Below, one piece after another: positions 10,517-21,972 of a DNA stretch of 64,000 nt. Numbering within the stretch: position 1 is the stretch's first letter; each line of letters starts with the position of its first letter. The notes beneath the pieces were generated by a model that worked only from the letters and a program-made list of their open reading frames with translations, ran no database searches and was not told where the DNA came from. The translations under genes were made by a program, and so were the position numbers. The DNA comes from an uncultured Verrucomicrobiae bacterium (lineage in GTDB: Bacteria > Verrucomicrobiota > Verrucomicrobiia > Chthoniobacterales > Chthoniobacteraceae). The stretch is taken from the NCBI GenBank assembly GCA_963769025.1, contig CAVYKI010000006.1:384001-448000 (forward strand), written 5' to 3'.

Positions 10517-10543
10517 TTGACGCGAGGGCGTTGCGTCTAAGGT
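10517..10543 (+). promoter_or_regulatory. Putative sigma70 promoter for leaderless dnaE
   Basis: TTGACG 10517-22, TAAGGT 10538-43, 7 nt before ATG 10551; spacer is short (15 nt). Confidence 0.45.
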
Positions 10544-10550
10544 CGAGGTG

Positions 10551-13500
10551 ATGTCCGACAGTTTCGTCCACCTCCATTGCCATACTGAATTCTCCACGCT
10601 CGACGGCATGGTGCGCGTCGATGCCGCGGTAAAACAGGCGAAGGCCATGGGCATGCCGGCGCTGGCCATCACCGACCATGGCGCGATGTATGGCGCGGTG
10701 GAATTTTACCAGAAGTGCAACAAGGAGGGCATCAAGCCCATCATCGGCTGCGAGGTGTATGTCGCGCCGGATTCGCACACGAAAAAGTCCGCGACCTCGC
10801 AAAAGGAATCGTCGTTCCACCTCACGCTGCTCGCGTCCGACGAGCAGGGGTATCGCAATCTGGTGAAGCTCGTCTCCACGGCGCACCTCGACGGCTTTTA
10901 CTACAAGCCGCGCATCGACAAGGAACTGCTCGCGCAGCACGCGCAGGGAATCATCGGCTTGAGCGGCTGCCTGAAGGGCGAGGTGCCGTACGCGATCCAT
11001 GCGGAGGACAATCTCGCGAAGGCCGCGGAGCTCGCGGCGACGTATCGGGACATTCTCGGGCGGGAGAATTATTTCCTGGAGCTGTCCGACCACGGCATCG
11101 AGGCGCAGCGGAAGGTGAACGCGCAGCTCCCGAAGCTCGCGCGCGATCTCGGGCGTCGGTCTCGTGGCGACGAATGATGTGCATTTCCTGAAAAAGGAGG
11201 ACCACGGCGCGCACGACGTGCTCGTGTGCATCGGCACCGGCGCGAAGGTCTCGGACGAGAAGCGCATGAAGTACGTGAACGAGGTGTACTTCAAATCGCC
11301 GGCGGAAATGCGCGCGCTGTTCGCGGACTTTTCCGGCGCGTGCGACAACACGCTGGCCATCGCCGAGCGGTGCGGCTTCAAGCTCGACACCTCGCCGAAG
11401 TTCCCAAACTACCAGCCGCCCGAGGGCAGGGACCGCAACGAGTACCTGCGCGAAATCACCGAGGCCGGCCTGCGCCGCCGCTACGGCGCGGATGCAGACA
11501 GCGAGGCGGTGCGCCGCCGGTATGAACTGGAAATCGGCGTGCTCGAGGCGCAGGGCTTCGTAAACTATTTCCTGATCGTCTGGGACTTCATCAACTGGGC
11601 GCGGGAGCAGGGAATCCCGGTCGGGCCCGGTCGCGGTTCGGCGGCAGGCTCGATCATCGCCTACGCGATGGGCATCACGGACATCGACCCGCTGAAGTTC
11701 AAGCTGCTCTTCGAGCGCTTCCTGAATCCCGAGCGCGTCTCGCCGCCGGATATCGACGTGGATTTTTGCCAGAACCGCCGCGGCGAGGTGATCGACTACG
11801 TCAAAAGGAAATACGGCGAACGTGCCGTGGCGCAGATCATCACCTTCGGCACGCTCGGCGCGAAGTCCGTGATCCGCGACGTGTCCCGCGTGCTCGACTG
11901 GAACTACGCGACGCCGACCGCATCGCGAAGATGATCCCGAACGAACTCGGCATCACGCTCGCGGGCTACGAGGGAAAGAACAAGGACACCGGCGCGGAGG
12001 AGCATGTCCCCGGCGCGATCGACAAGAATCCCGAGCTCGCGCAGGCGGTGAAGACCGACCCGAACACCGCGCAGATGTGGGAGGCCGCTACGAAGCTCGA
12101 GGGGCTCACGCGCGGCGTCGGCGTGCATGCGGCGGGCGTGGTCATCAGCGATCGCGACCTCAGCGAATACATCCCGCTCACGCGGGCGAACGACGGATCG
12201 ATCGTGAGCCAGTACGCGATGGGTGCGCTCGGCGACGTGGGCATGCTGAAGTGCGACTTTCTCGGACTGAAGACGCTCACGGTCATCCAGGATGCCGTCG
12301 CGCTGATCCACAAGCACACTCCCGCCTTCAACATCGACACGATCCCGTTCGACGACGAGGCGACGTTCAACATTTACAACCGCGGCGAGACGGTCGCGGT
12401 GTTCCAGGTCGAGTCCGGCGGCATGACGGGCTGGGCGAAGCAGTTCGACGTGCGGAGCATCGAGGACATCAACGCGCTCATCGCACTCTACCGGCCGGGC
12501 CCGATGGACCTCATCCCCGACTACGTGAAGCGCAAGAAGGGCCTCGCGAAGGTGCGGGCGCCGCACAAGCTGCTCGATGAAGTGACGAGCGAAACGTACG
12601 GCGTGCTCATCTACCAGGAGCAGGTCATGCAGGCCGCGCAGGTGCTCGCCGGCTACACGCTCGGCGCCGCCGATCTCCTGCGCCGCGCAATGGGCAAAAA
12701 GGACAAGAAGAAGATGGCGGAGGAGCGCGTGAAATTTTGCGAAGGCGCGGCAACGCTGCACGGAATCAAGGAGGCGAAGGCGAACGAGGTCTTCGATACG
12801 CTGGAGAAATTCGCCGGCTACGGATTCAACCGCTCGCACTCCGCCGCCTACGCGTGGCTCAGCTACCAGACGGGATTCCTGAAGGCGAATTACCCGGTGG
12901 AATTCATGGCCGCGGTGATGAGCAACGAAGTCTCGAACACGGACAAGATCAGCATTTTCGTCGCGGAATGCGAACGGCTGGGAATCCGCATCCTGCCGCC
13001 GGACATCAACAAGAGCGGGCTGAAATTCGAGCCGGACCACGTGGATACGGCCGGCGTCGAAGCGGCAAAGGCCGCGCGCAAAACCGCGCTCGCCCAGGCA
13101 GCGAAGCCGGGAGAGGACGAGTACCCGGACATTGCGCCGGACATCGAACCGGATTCAGGCGTTCGCTTCGAGGATATGCCCGTCGGAGAGAAGAAGAACG
13201 GAGCTGCCGGAGTGGCGGATGCCGCACCGCCGCCAACGGACGAACGGCTCCACCTCGGGGCGATCCGATACGGCCTCGCAGCGATCAAAAACGTCGGCGA
13301 GTCTGCGATGGAATCGGCAATGAGCGAGCGCGCACGTGGTGGACCGTTTGCGGGCATCGAGGATTTCTGCGCGCGCGTGGATGGAAAGCGGATCAGCAAG
13401 AAGGCCATCGAATGCCTCGTAAAGTCCGGAGCATTCGACGAGTTCGGCGCGGATCGTGCGACGATGTTTGCAGGCATCGAAGGCGCGATGGCCGCGGCGG

Positions 13501-14219
13501 CGAGTGCGCACCGAGACCGTGCGGCCGGGCAGGTTTCGCTTTTTGGTGACATGGGAACGGTCGCGAAATCCGCGCCGGCCCGGAATGTCGCACTGGTCCC
13601 GCCGTGGAGCCTCACGGAGAAGCTCGGCTTTGAAAAGGAGCTGCTCGGTTTTTACGTGACCGGTCATCCGCTCGACGAGTATCGCAGCGCGCTGGAGAAC
13701 CCGAAATTCGTCCCCATCGCGCGCCTCGCCGTGCAGGAAAACAAGAGCACCGTGACCGTGGCCGGACAGCTCGCGTCCGTGGAGCGGCGCTTCACGAAGA
13801 AGGACGGGAAGCCATTTGCCATCGTCGTGATCGAAGATCTCACGGATCAAATCGAAGTGATGGTCTGGAACGAAGCGTATGTGCGCGCGCAAAAGCTTCT
13901 CGAGCCCGGCGCCGTGGTCTCGATCACCGGGCGGCTCGATCTCCGCGAGGACGGACCGCGCATCAGCGCCGAAGACGTGAAGCCGCTCAAGAAACCGGGC
14001 GCGGATGAGAAGCCGCTTGTGCTCAAACTCGACACTGCGAGTGCCACGGAAGGCGACCTTTTGAAAATCCGCGAGACGCTCGTGCGCCATCCGGGGACGC
14101 GGCGCGTCGAACTGCTCGTCACCCGCGGCGGGGCGCTGGCGCGTGTCGTCTTCCCGGCGGAATTCCGAATCACGCTCAGCGAGGCCGCCAGGGAGGAACT
14201 CGCGCAGTGGCTGCGCTAG
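10551..14219 (+). CDS. dnaE: DNA polymerase III alpha subunit, frameshifts near 11152 (+1) and 11908 (-1)
   Basis: [69 protein letters not shown] fold; three ORFs join to about 1222 aa. Confidence 0.97.
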
Positions 14220-15193
14220 CGGTGGTGGGGCGCGCGGTGTGCGCCGTTGCATTCCTCCTGCTCGGCGGTCTGTCTCGGACGGACGCCGGCACGGTCATCG
14301 AGAACGTTCCGGGTCAGGCGGTGTTTTCATTTGAGTACCGCGGGGCGACGGATTTCAGCGGGCTCACATGGGCTGGCGGCAGCGATTACTTCACGGTTTC
14401 GGACAAGGTGAAGGCGGTCTTTCCCATGAACATCGCGATCGAGGAGGGGAGCGGACGGATTCTCAGCGCGTCCATCGGAACCGCGATTCCGGTGAAGACG
14501 AAACTTTCCGACTTCGAGGGCATCGCCTTCGTGGGCGACAGGCGGCAGGTGTACGTCAGCGCCGAAAAAGGCGACGGGATCTTCGGTTTCGATCTGCGGA
14601 AACGCAGCGTGATCCCCGTCGCGGTGCCGCCCATCTTTTCCAAGGCCCGCAACAACAAGAGCCTCGAATCCCTGACCTATGATGCGACGGTCGGGAACTT
14701 TTGGACGGCCAACGAGGAGGCGCTCAAATGCGACGGCCCGCTGAGTTCGCGCGAAGCCGGCACGGTCGTGCGGCTCCAGCGATTTGACGGGCGCTTCCGG
14801 CCAGCCGGCCAGTTTGCCTATGTCACCGAGACGTCGGCGTTCCGCGTGCCCGGAGGCGGGACAGGGGTGAGCGACCTTGCGCTCCTGCCGAATGGAGAGT
14901 TGCTCGTGCTCGAGCGCGTCGTCGGCAATTTCGGCCTGTCGGCGGAAATATTCCGCGCGGAACTGCGAGGCGCGACGGATGTCTCGGCGGTCCCGGCGCT
15001 CAATGACGTGAAGTACACCGCCTCGGGAAAGACGCGGCTTTTCAGCCGGACGACGCTCTCAAACAATTTCGAGGGCATCGCCCTCGGGCCGGTGCTGGCT
15101 GGCGGCTGGCGCAGCCTCATCCTCATCGCGGACAGCGGCGGCGGCACCACGCACTGCCTCATGCCGCTGCGGATCCGCTGGAGCGGCAAATAG
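14207..15193 (+). CDS. Secreted esterase-like activity of phytase family (beta-propeller) protein
   Basis: Signal peptide; DFSGL, DFEGIA, NKSLESLT, LLVLER, NFEGIALGP, LILIAD. Confidence 0.75.
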   Translation: MAALAVVGRAVCAVAFLLLGGLSRTDAGTVIENVPGQAVFSFEYRGATDFSGLTWAGGSDYFTVSDKVKAVFPMNIAIEEGSGRILSASIGTAIPVKTKLSDFEGIAFVGDRRQVYVSAEKGDGIFGFDLRKRSVIPVAVPPIFSKARNNKSLESLTYDATVGNFWTANEEALKCDGPLSSREAGTVVRLQRFDGRFRPAGQFAYVTETSAFRVPGGGTGVSDLALLPNGELLVLERVVGNFGLSAEIFRAELRGATDVSAVPALNDVKYTASGKTRLFSRTTLSNNFEGIALGPVLAGGWRSLILIADSGGGTTHCLMPLRIRWSGK

Positions 15194-15240
15194 CAGCCGC
15201 GCCTTGCGTTGCACGCCCGTCTCCGGCATTTCACCGCGCC

Positions 15241-16896
15241 ATGCTTGTTTCAATGCGCATCCGCAACCTCGCCCTCGTCGAGGAACTCGAGTGGCAGCCC
15301 GGCCCCGGCTTCGTCGCGATCACCGGCGAGACGGGTTCCGGGAAAAGCATCATTGTGGGTGCGCTGAAGCTCGTGCTTGGCGAACGCGCCGACAAATCGC
15401 TCATCCGCAGCGGGGCGGAGAGCTGCTCGGTGGAGGCGGTGTTTCAGCCGGCCGATGCGAAGACACTCAACGCTTGGCTGGAAGGGCAGGGGATCGAGCC
15501 ATGCGAGGACGGGCAGCTCATCGTGAAACGCGTCTTTGCCACCGCGGGGACCAACCGCCAGTTCATCAACGGCAGCGCGACGACGCTGAACGTGCTCAAG
15601 GAACTCGGCGACGGGCTCGTTGATCTGCACGGGCCGCACGACCACCAGTCCCTGCTCTCGAACGAACGCCAGCTCGATCTGCTGGACTCCTTTGCCGGCG
15701 CGGAGGCGCTGCGCGGGAAATTTGAGGAGCAATACCGGACGGTGAACCGGCTGACCGCCGAGCGGGAGGAACTGGCGGGCAACGAAGCGGCGCTGGAGCG
15801 GGAGGCGGACCTGCTCCGGCATCAGGTGAATGAAATCGAAGCCGCGAGGCTGCGCGCCGACGAGGAGGAGGAAACCGTCGGAAGGTATCACACCGCGTCG
15901 AACAGCCGCCGCCTGCTCGAACTTTGCAACGGTGCGATCGGGCGCCTGTCGGAGTCGGATGACTCCGCAATCACGCGTCTGAACGAAGTCGGCAGGCTCC
16001 TTCGCGATCTCGAGCGTGTGGATCCGGCGACGAAGCGGTTTTCCGATTCGCTCATCCGCGGCCTCGCGGAGATCGGCGATTTGGCCGGCGGCCTTTCTCG
16101 CTATGCGGAGGAACTGGACATCGAGCCCGCGGCGCTCGCGGAACTCGAGGAGCGCGTGTCCCTGTTCGAGACGCTGAAGCGGAAGTACGGCGGCAGCCTC
16201 GGGGAAGTGATCGCATTCGGCGCGGAGGCCGCGGCCCGGCTCAACCGGATTGATTCGCGTGCCGGGGAACTCGAACGGCTGGCCGGGGAGATTGCATCGC
16301 AGCGAAAGGCGATGATGGACTCTGCCCGGAAGCTTTCCGCGAAGCGCGCCGCCGCCGCGCCCAAGCTCGCAGCCGCAGTGACGGGGCATCTGCGCGATCT
16401 CGGATTCAAGAAATCGGACTTCACCGTCGCGCTCACGGTCGCTGCGGAGCCGGGTCCGCACGGGATGGAATCGGTCGAATTTGTTTTCGCCCCAAATCCT
16501 GGCGAGCCGGCCAAGCCGCTGAAGGCGATCGCGAGCAGCGGCGAAATTTCCCGCGTGATGCTGGCCGTAAAGTCCGCGCTGGCTGCGCAGGACACGATTG
16601 CGCTGCTTGTCTTCGACGAAATCGACGCAAACGTTGGCGGCGAGATCGCACATGCGGTCGGCGCGAAGATGAAGGCCGTTTCCGCCGAGCGCCAGGTGCT
16701 CGCGATCACGCATCTCCCGCAGGTCGCGGCGGCGGCGCGGACGCAGTTTGTCGTCACGAAGGATTTCACCGGCGGGCGGACCGTTTCCAGTCTCACTGGA
16801 GTCGAGGGCAAGGCCCGCGCGGCGGAGATTGCGCGGATGCTCGGCGGCAAAGGCGACTCGGCTCTAGCCCACGCGAAGACGCTGCTGGCCGGGTAG
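15241..16896 (+). CDS. recN: DNA repair protein RecN
   Basis: ITGETGSGKS, DLHGPHDHQSLL, coiled coil, ASSGEISRVMLA, VFDEID, ITHLPQVAA. Confidence 0.97.
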   Translation: MLVSMRIRNLALVEELEWQPGPGFVAITGETGSGKSIIVGALKLVLGERADKSLIRSGAESCSVEAVFQPADAKTLNAWLEGQGIEPCEDGQLIVKRVFATAGTNRQFINGSATTLNVLKELGDGLVDLHGPHDHQSLLSNERQLDLLDSFAGAEALRGKFEEQYRTVNRLTAEREELAGNEAALEREADLLRHQVNEIEAARLRADEEEETVGRYHTASNSRRLLELCNGAIGRLSESDDSAITRLNEVGRLLRDLERVDPATKRFSDSLIRGLAEIGDLAGGLSRYAEELDIEPAALAELEERVSLFETLKRKYGGSLGEVIAFGAEAAARLNRIDSRAGELERLAGEIASQRKAMMDSARKLSAKRAAAAPKLAAAVTGHLRDLGFKKSDFTVALTVAAEPGPHGMESVEFVFAPNPGEPAKPLKAIASSGEISRVMLAVKSALAAQDTIALLVFDEIDANVGGEIAHAVGAKMKAVSAERQVLAITHLPQVAAAARTQFVVTKDFTGGRTVSSLTGVEGKARAAEIARMLGGKGDSALAHAKTLLAG

Positions 16897-16901
16897 GGCG
16901 G

Positions 16902-19292
16902 CTACTTGGCCGTGGATGCCGGTTCGGCCTGCGACGTGCCCCGGCGCATGAGAAACGCGGGGCTTTTCACGATTCCGCTGATGAGCGACGAAAACCGGTA
17001 GTCGTTCTTTTCCAGTGTGAACGCGATGCGCGCGACGGTGGGCTCGTCGTAGTAGTCGAGACCGCGGCCCAGCGCGTAGGTGAGCATCTTCTCCGTGAGG
17101 CACCGCGTGAAGTCCTGCTTGCGGCTGCGGAGGAGCGTCTTCATGTCGGCGAGGCCTCCCATCTTCTGCCCTGTGGCGAGTTCGCCGGAGGTGTCGATCG
17201 CCGCGCCGGTTTCATCGCGGTCGCGCCACTGGCCGATGCCGTTGAAGTTCTCCAGCGCGAATCCGAATGCATCCATCTTCGCATGGCAGTTTGCGCAGCT
17301 CGGGTCGGCGCGATGCTGCTCGAGCTTCTGCCGGAAAGTCCCGCTCAGCTCCTTCCGCTTGCTGTCGTCGAGCGACGGGGTATTCGGCGGGGGAGGGGGC
17401 GGCGGCGTGCCGAGCATCTGCTGGAGGATCCACTGTCCGCGTTTCACGGGTGAAGTGCGCGTGGGATTCGATGTGACGGTGAGGATGCTCGCCTGCGTGA
17501 GCAGCCCGCCGCGCTGTGTCCCCTCGAGCGAGACGCGCTTCCATTCATCCTTCTGGAAATTGCCGGCGGACTTGATCCCGTAGAGGTCGGCCAGCCGCTG
17601 GTTCACCCACGTGAACTCGCCATCGAGCAGGTCGAGGATGCTGCGGTCGGTGCGCAGGATTTCGCCCACGAATCGCTGCGTTTCCTCGATCATAGACGCC
17701 CGGAGTTCGGGCTTCCAATTTGGGAACGCCTTCGGGTCGGCGCTGTGTCCCTCGAGCCGGCCGAGTTGCAGCCACTGCAGCGCGAAATTCCGGATGAGCG
17801 CCTCGGCCTGGGGAGCCTGGAGCATCCGTTTGACCTGCGCATCGAGGTTTGAGGTGAGCTTTCCGGCGGAGGCGAGCTGAAGCAGCTCGTCGTCCGGGCA
17901 CGAACTCCACAGGAAATACGAGAGCCGGGTCGCGAGCTGGAATTCGCTCACCGGATGCGGTTCGGGATTCTCCGGGCGGTCATCGGGTTCGAGCCGGAAG
18001 ACGAATTTCGGCGACGCGAGGATCGCGCTGATGGCGCGGCGCATGGCTTCCTCCCACGTGTCGTTGTGGGCCATCCCGTAGGCGACGAGCTTGCAGAGCC
18101 GGTCGAGTTCCTCGGCGGAGACGGGTCGGCGCCACGCGCGCGGCGCGAAACGCGCGAGCACCTCGCGGGTATGCTCGGCCTGCGGCTTGCCGGGAGTGAC
18201 GACGAGCAGCGATTTCGTCGCGGCGTTGCGCGTGTCCATCGGCCCCTCGTATTCCATCCACTCGACGTAAAGCGTCGGGGACGGCTGACCCGCCGGCGGC
18301 TTGAATGCGGCGAGCGCGATGCGTTCGATGCCCTCCATGCGGGGAACCTGCACCTCGATTATTTGCGCGTCCTTTTCCGACTGCGCGGTGATCTCGGTGG
18401 TTTTCAGGATGCGGGCGCGCTTGACGTTGGCGACGGCTGAACCGTCGAGCTTCGCCATCTCGGTTTCCGGAGCGGGCTTTGGAATGGCAGGCCCCGCGAC
18501 CATCAGCGCCACGCGGACGGGCTTGCCGACCGGCGATTTTGCATAAAGCCGCGCGCGCATGACGTAGTCCCCGTCCGCCGTGATCCTCGCGGGCGTATGC
18601 ACGGGGCCGGAGAGGACGGTGACCGTCTCGGACCCGCAAAACGGCCGGAACTGCGACGTGGGCACGTTGGCCGACTGGGGCTCCAGATACCTCGCTGCCA
18701 GCCTTCGTTTCGGGGGCGTCGTCGCGCTGAGCGGGATCGCCTGCGCGGCAATCTGGTCGGCCGCGTCGAGGTAGCGCTCCATGAGCACCGGCGAGACCGT
18801 GAGGACGTCGGCGATGTTGTCGAAACCGTGACCGACGTCGTCACTCGGGAAATTGTCCGCGGGCCGGAAGTCGATCTTCAGCAGATCACGGATCGTGTTG
18901 TTATATTCCGTGCGGTTCAGCCGCCGCACCGTGAGCCTGCCGGGGTCGGGTTTGCCGCTGTCGGCCTTGGCAAAAATGCCCGCGACCGATGCGAGGAAGC
19001 GCTGCTTTTCCTCCGCTGACGGCTGCGGCTTGTCGTCCGGCGGCATCTCGCCGGAGCGCACCAGTTCGACCACATCGCGCCAGCGTTTGCGAGCGCGCAG
19101 GACGGAGATGTCATCGCGGAATTCGTGCAGCGCCAGGTCGGCCTTCTGCTTGTCCTTCCCGTGGCAGGAGACGCAATACTTCTGGAGAAACGGAGCGCCC
19201 GCATCGGCAAAGGACGGCGTTGCGGCGCTGCCTATCCGTGCAAAAAAGGCGAGGGCGAGAGTGCCGATGAGAAGCGCGCTGGTTCGCAACAT
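16902..19292 (-). CDS. Planctomycete cytochrome c / DUF1587-DUF1592-DUF1588-DUF1585 family protein
   Basis: Signal peptide, CVSCH, RRLNRTEYNNTIRDLL, LATRLSYFLWSS, RTSPVKRG, CANCH, LTYALGRG. Confidence 0.9.
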   Translation of the reverse strand: MLRTSALLIGTLALAFFARIGSAATPSFADAGAPFLQKYCVSCHGKDKQKADLALHEFRDDISVLRARKRWRDVVELVRSGEMPPDDKPQPSAEEKQRFLASVAGIFAKADSGKPDPGRLTVRRLNRTEYNNTIRDLLKIDFRPADNFPSDDVGHGFDNIADVLTVSPVLMERYLDAADQIAAQAIPLSATTPPKRRLAARYLEPQSANVPTSQFRPFCGSETVTVLSGPVHTPARITADGDYVMRARLYAKSPVGKPVRVALMVAGPAIPKPAPETEMAKLDGSAVANVKRARILKTTEITAQSEKDAQIIEVQVPRMEGIERIALAAFKPPAGQPSPTLYVEWMEYEGPMDTRNAATKSLLVVTPGKPQAEHTREVLARFAPRAWRRPVSAEELDRLCKLVAYGMAHNDTWEEAMRRAISAILASPKFVFRLEPDDRPENPEPHPVSEFQLATRLSYFLWSSCPDDELLQLASAGKLTSNLDAQVKRMLQAPQAEALIRNFALQWLQLGRLEGHSADPKAFPNWKPELRASMIEETQRFVGEILRTDRSILDLLDGEFTWVNQRLADLYGIKSAGNFQKDEWKRVSLEGTQRGGLLTQASILTVTSNPTRTSPVKRGQWILQQMLGTPPPPPPPNTPSLDDSKRKELSGTFRQKLEQHRADPSCANCHAKMDAFGFALENFNGIGQWRDRDETGAAIDTSGELATGQKMGGLADMKTLLRSRKQDFTRCLTEKMLTYALGRGLDYYDEPTVARIAFTLEKNDYRFSSLISGIVKSPAFLMRRGTSQAEPASTAK

Positions 19293-19363
19293 GTTCGGGT
19301 GAACTAATCCGCGAAGCGCAGGATTCTCAAGCGGTGGGTTTCGCTGTGCGGCGCCGCGCCGGC

Positions 19364-20248
19364 TCAGTGAACGACCTTGTTCAGCGGGTATTCGATGATG
19401 CCTTCCGCGCCGAGCGACTTGAGCTGCGGGATGATTTCGCGGACGACCTTCTCGTCGATGATCGTCTCGACGGCAACCCAGCCGGGGATGGCGAGGTGCG
19501 CGATGGTGGGATTGCGCATCGCGGGGAGCGCGGCGAGCAGCGGCTGCAGCTTTTCCTCGGGGAGATTCATCTTCAGGCCGACCATGTCGCGTGCGGCGAG
19601 CGCTCCCTGGAGCAGCAGGACGATGCGGTCCATCTTCGCGCGCTTCCACGCGTCGGCGTAGGCGGCGTTATTGGAAATGAACTGCGGCACGCTCTCCATG
19701 ATCGTCTCGACGATGCGCAGCTTGTTCGCGCGCAGCGAGGAGCCGGTCTCGGTCACGTCCACGATGGCGTCCACGAGGTCGGGCACCTTCACCTCGGTCG
19801 CGCCCCAGGAAAATTCCACCTCGGCGGTGACGCCGTGCTTCGCGAGGAAAGTGCGCGTCATTTCCACGGCCTCGGTCGCGATTACCTTGCCTTGGAGATC
19901 CTTCACGCTCTTCACCGGCGAATCCTCGGGAACGCAGAGCACCCAGCGCGTGGGACGCGAACTGGTCTTGCTGAAGACGAGATCGCACAGCCGCACGACA
20001 TCGCTGCCGTTGTTCTCGATCCAGTCGCGGCCCGTGAGCCCGCAGTCTAGGAATCCGTGCTCGACGTAGCGCGAAATCTCCTGCGCGCGCAGCAGGCGGA
20101 TGACGATTTCGGGATCGTCCACGGCCGGCTTATAGCTGCGGCTGGAGACGGCGATGCTGAAGCCGGCTTTTGCAAAAAGGGCGATGGTCGGATCCTGCAG
20201 GCTGCCCGAGGGCAGGCCGATGCGAAGCTGGCGGATTTCGTCTGGCAT
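19364..20248 (-). CDS. hisG: ATP phosphoribosyltransferase (long form)
   Basis: [45 protein letters not shown]-terminal regulatory domain. Confidence 0.97.
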   Translation of the reverse strand: MPDEIRQLRIGLPSGSLQDPTIALFAKAGFSIAVSSRSYKPAVDDPEIVIRLLRAQEISRYVEHGFLDCGLTGRDWIENNGSDVVRLCDLVFSKTSSRPTRWVLCVPEDSPVKSVKDLQGKVIATEAVEMTRTFLAKHGVTAEVEFSWGATEVKVPDLVDAIVDVTETGSSLRANKLRIVETIMESVPQFISNNAAYADAWKRAKMDRIVLLLQGALAARDMVGLKMNLPEEKLQPLLAALPAMRNPTIAHLAIPGWVAVETIIDEKVVREIIPQLKSLGAEGIIEYPLNKVVH

Positions 20249-20352
20249 AAGAGCGCGCGGTTCTAGGTCCGCAGTGCGGGGGTTGCGAGGAAATTCCCGG
20301 TGCCATGCACTCGCGCCTTGCGGGAAAGGCGTCGAGGCGGCTCATTCGCTGG

Positions 20353-21165
20353 ATGGAGTTGCAGCCGATCAAAAAATTGCACGACACGCAGAGCCAGCGC
20401 GACCGGCGCGGGATCGCGATCGATCGCGTGGGCGTGCGCGGCCTTCGCTATCCGATCCAGGTGCGCGACAAGGCGCGCAAGCTCCAGCACACGGTCGCGA
20501 CGGTCACGCTCACGGTGGATTTGCCGCATCACTTCAAGGGCACGCACATGAGCCGCTTCGTCGAGGTGCTGAACGAATTTGGCCCCGTGCTGCACGTGGA
20601 CAATATCCAGACCATCCTCCGCGACCTGGCGAAGCGCCTCGAATCGGAAAGCTCGCACGTGACGTTTGAGTTCCCGTTTTTCCTCGAAAAGCGCGCGCCA
20701 GCCACCGGCGCTGTCGGGCTGATGGATTACGTCGTGCGCTTCGATGCGACGCTGGAGAAGAAGCGGACGGATTTTGTCGTCACGGTCATCGTGCCGGTCA
20801 CGACCCTTTGCCCGTGCTCAAAGGCCATCTCCGAGCGCGGAGCGCACAACCAGCGCGGGCAGGTGACCTACGGCATCCGCAGCGTGAAGCCGATCTGGAT
20901 CGAGGACATGATCGCGCTCGTCGAGCAGAGCGCGAGCTGTGAGCTTTTCAGCCTGCTGAAGCGGCCGGACGAAAAGGCGGTGACGGAGCGCGCATTCGAC
21001 AACCCGGTTTTCGTCGAGGATCTCGTGCGCAATGTCGCAGCCCGCTCGAACCGCGAGAGGAACATCGTCTGGTACCGGGTCGAGGCGGAGAACTTCGAGA
21101 GCATCCACAACCACAACGCGTATGCGCTCGTGGAGAAGCACGTGAAGCGCGCCGCAAGGAAATGA
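20353..21165 (+). CDS. folE2: GTP cyclohydrolase I type B (FolE2)
   Basis: IDRVGV, KGTHMSRF, TTLCPCSK, GAHNQR, LKRPDEK, FVEDLVR, ESIHNHNA. Confidence 0.95.
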   Translation: MELQPIKKLHDTQSQRDRRGIAIDRVGVRGLRYPIQVRDKARKLQHTVATVTLTVDLPHHFKGTHMSRFVEVLNEFGPVLHVDNIQTILRDLAKRLESESSHVTFEFPFFLEKRAPATGAVGLMDYVVRFDATLEKKRTDFVVTVIVPVTTLCPCSKAISERGAHNQRGQVTYGIRSVKPIWIEDMIALVEQSASCELFSLLKRPDEKAVTERAFDNPVFVEDLVRNVAARSNRERNIVWYRVEAENFESIHNHNAYALVEKHVKRAARK

Positions 21166-21219
21166 CAGCGTGCGTGGAAGACAGGGACGCGCCCGGGAAT
21201 TGCTGCTAGGGTTTCCGCC

Positions 21220-21972
21220 ATGGTGCACCGCCTCATCATCCTCTGCATTGTCGGCTTTTGGCTGGCAATGACCGGGCTGCTCGTGGTGCGCGAGGTTTAC
21301 CCGGAGTCCACGCGCCTCAATGCGGTGCCGGCCGGCTACGTCGGGCAGATCGTCTTCCAGCATGAGCAGGCATCCGACCTGCGGATTCTCTCGTCGGGAA
21401 AGGATGTCGGCTTCGTGCATATTCAGCCAAAGAGCTTCGCGAGCACGGGAAAGAGGACCATCGATATCCACGGCAGCCTGACTCTCACGCTTCCCGGCAA
21501 GACCTCGCAGCCGCTCGCCTGGTTCTCAGTGGCCGAGATGGATCGCGATCTTGCACTGGAGCGGTTGCATATTGACCTTTCGACCCCGTCGCCGGGCCAG
21601 CACTTGGATGTGACGGTCGATTTGGCCGCGAAGACGGCGGTCTTTGGTGTAAAGGTCGGCAACCAGATATTCAACGAGACGGCCTTTACCCTCGATGAGG
21701 CGGGGTTTGCGAAGCTGATGTCGCAAGCGGGTCTGGACCCGGCGATGATCCGGCAGCTCAAGGCGTCGCGGGGCGAAATTCCACGGATGGAATTCGGTGC
21801 GCAGTCGTCGTCCACCGTCATCGGCGGGCAGAAGCTCTCGACTTTCCTCCTCACGCTGAAGACGGGCGAGCAGACCGTATTCGAGGCGCAACTCAGCCAG
21901 CTTGGGCAGGTGCTCGGCGTGCAGGTGCCTTTGCTCGGGTGGAAACTCACGCCCTACCCGCAGCCGCGATGA
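21220..21972 (+). CDS. Membrane-anchored hypothetical protein
   Basis: N-terminal TM; ATGA overlap with downstream ABC ATPase. Confidence 0.7.
   Translation: MVHRLIILCIVGFWLAMTGLLVVREVYPESTRLNAVPAGYVGQIVFQHEQASDLRILSSGKDVGFVHIQPKSFASTGKRTIDIHGSLTLTLPGKTSQPLAWFSVAEMDRDLALERLHIDLSTPSPGQHLDVTVDLAAKTAVFGVKVGNQIFNETAFTLDEAGFAKLMSQAGLDPAMIRQLKASRGEIPRMEFGAQSSSTVIGGQKLSTFLLTLKTGEQTVFEAQLSQLGQVLGVQVPLLGWKLTPYPQPR

Noticed and set aside
13035..13256. Intein in DnaE
   Set aside because: No N-terminal Cys/Ser block or His-Asn C-terminus; low-complexity composition.
10551..14219. dnaE split in three ORFs as pseudogene, split intein or programmed frameshift
   Set aside because: Single-base indels restore a full ~1222-aa protein; no intein motifs or slippery sites; the same defect affects tuf, rplK and tRNA-Trp, so assembly error is the simplest explanation.
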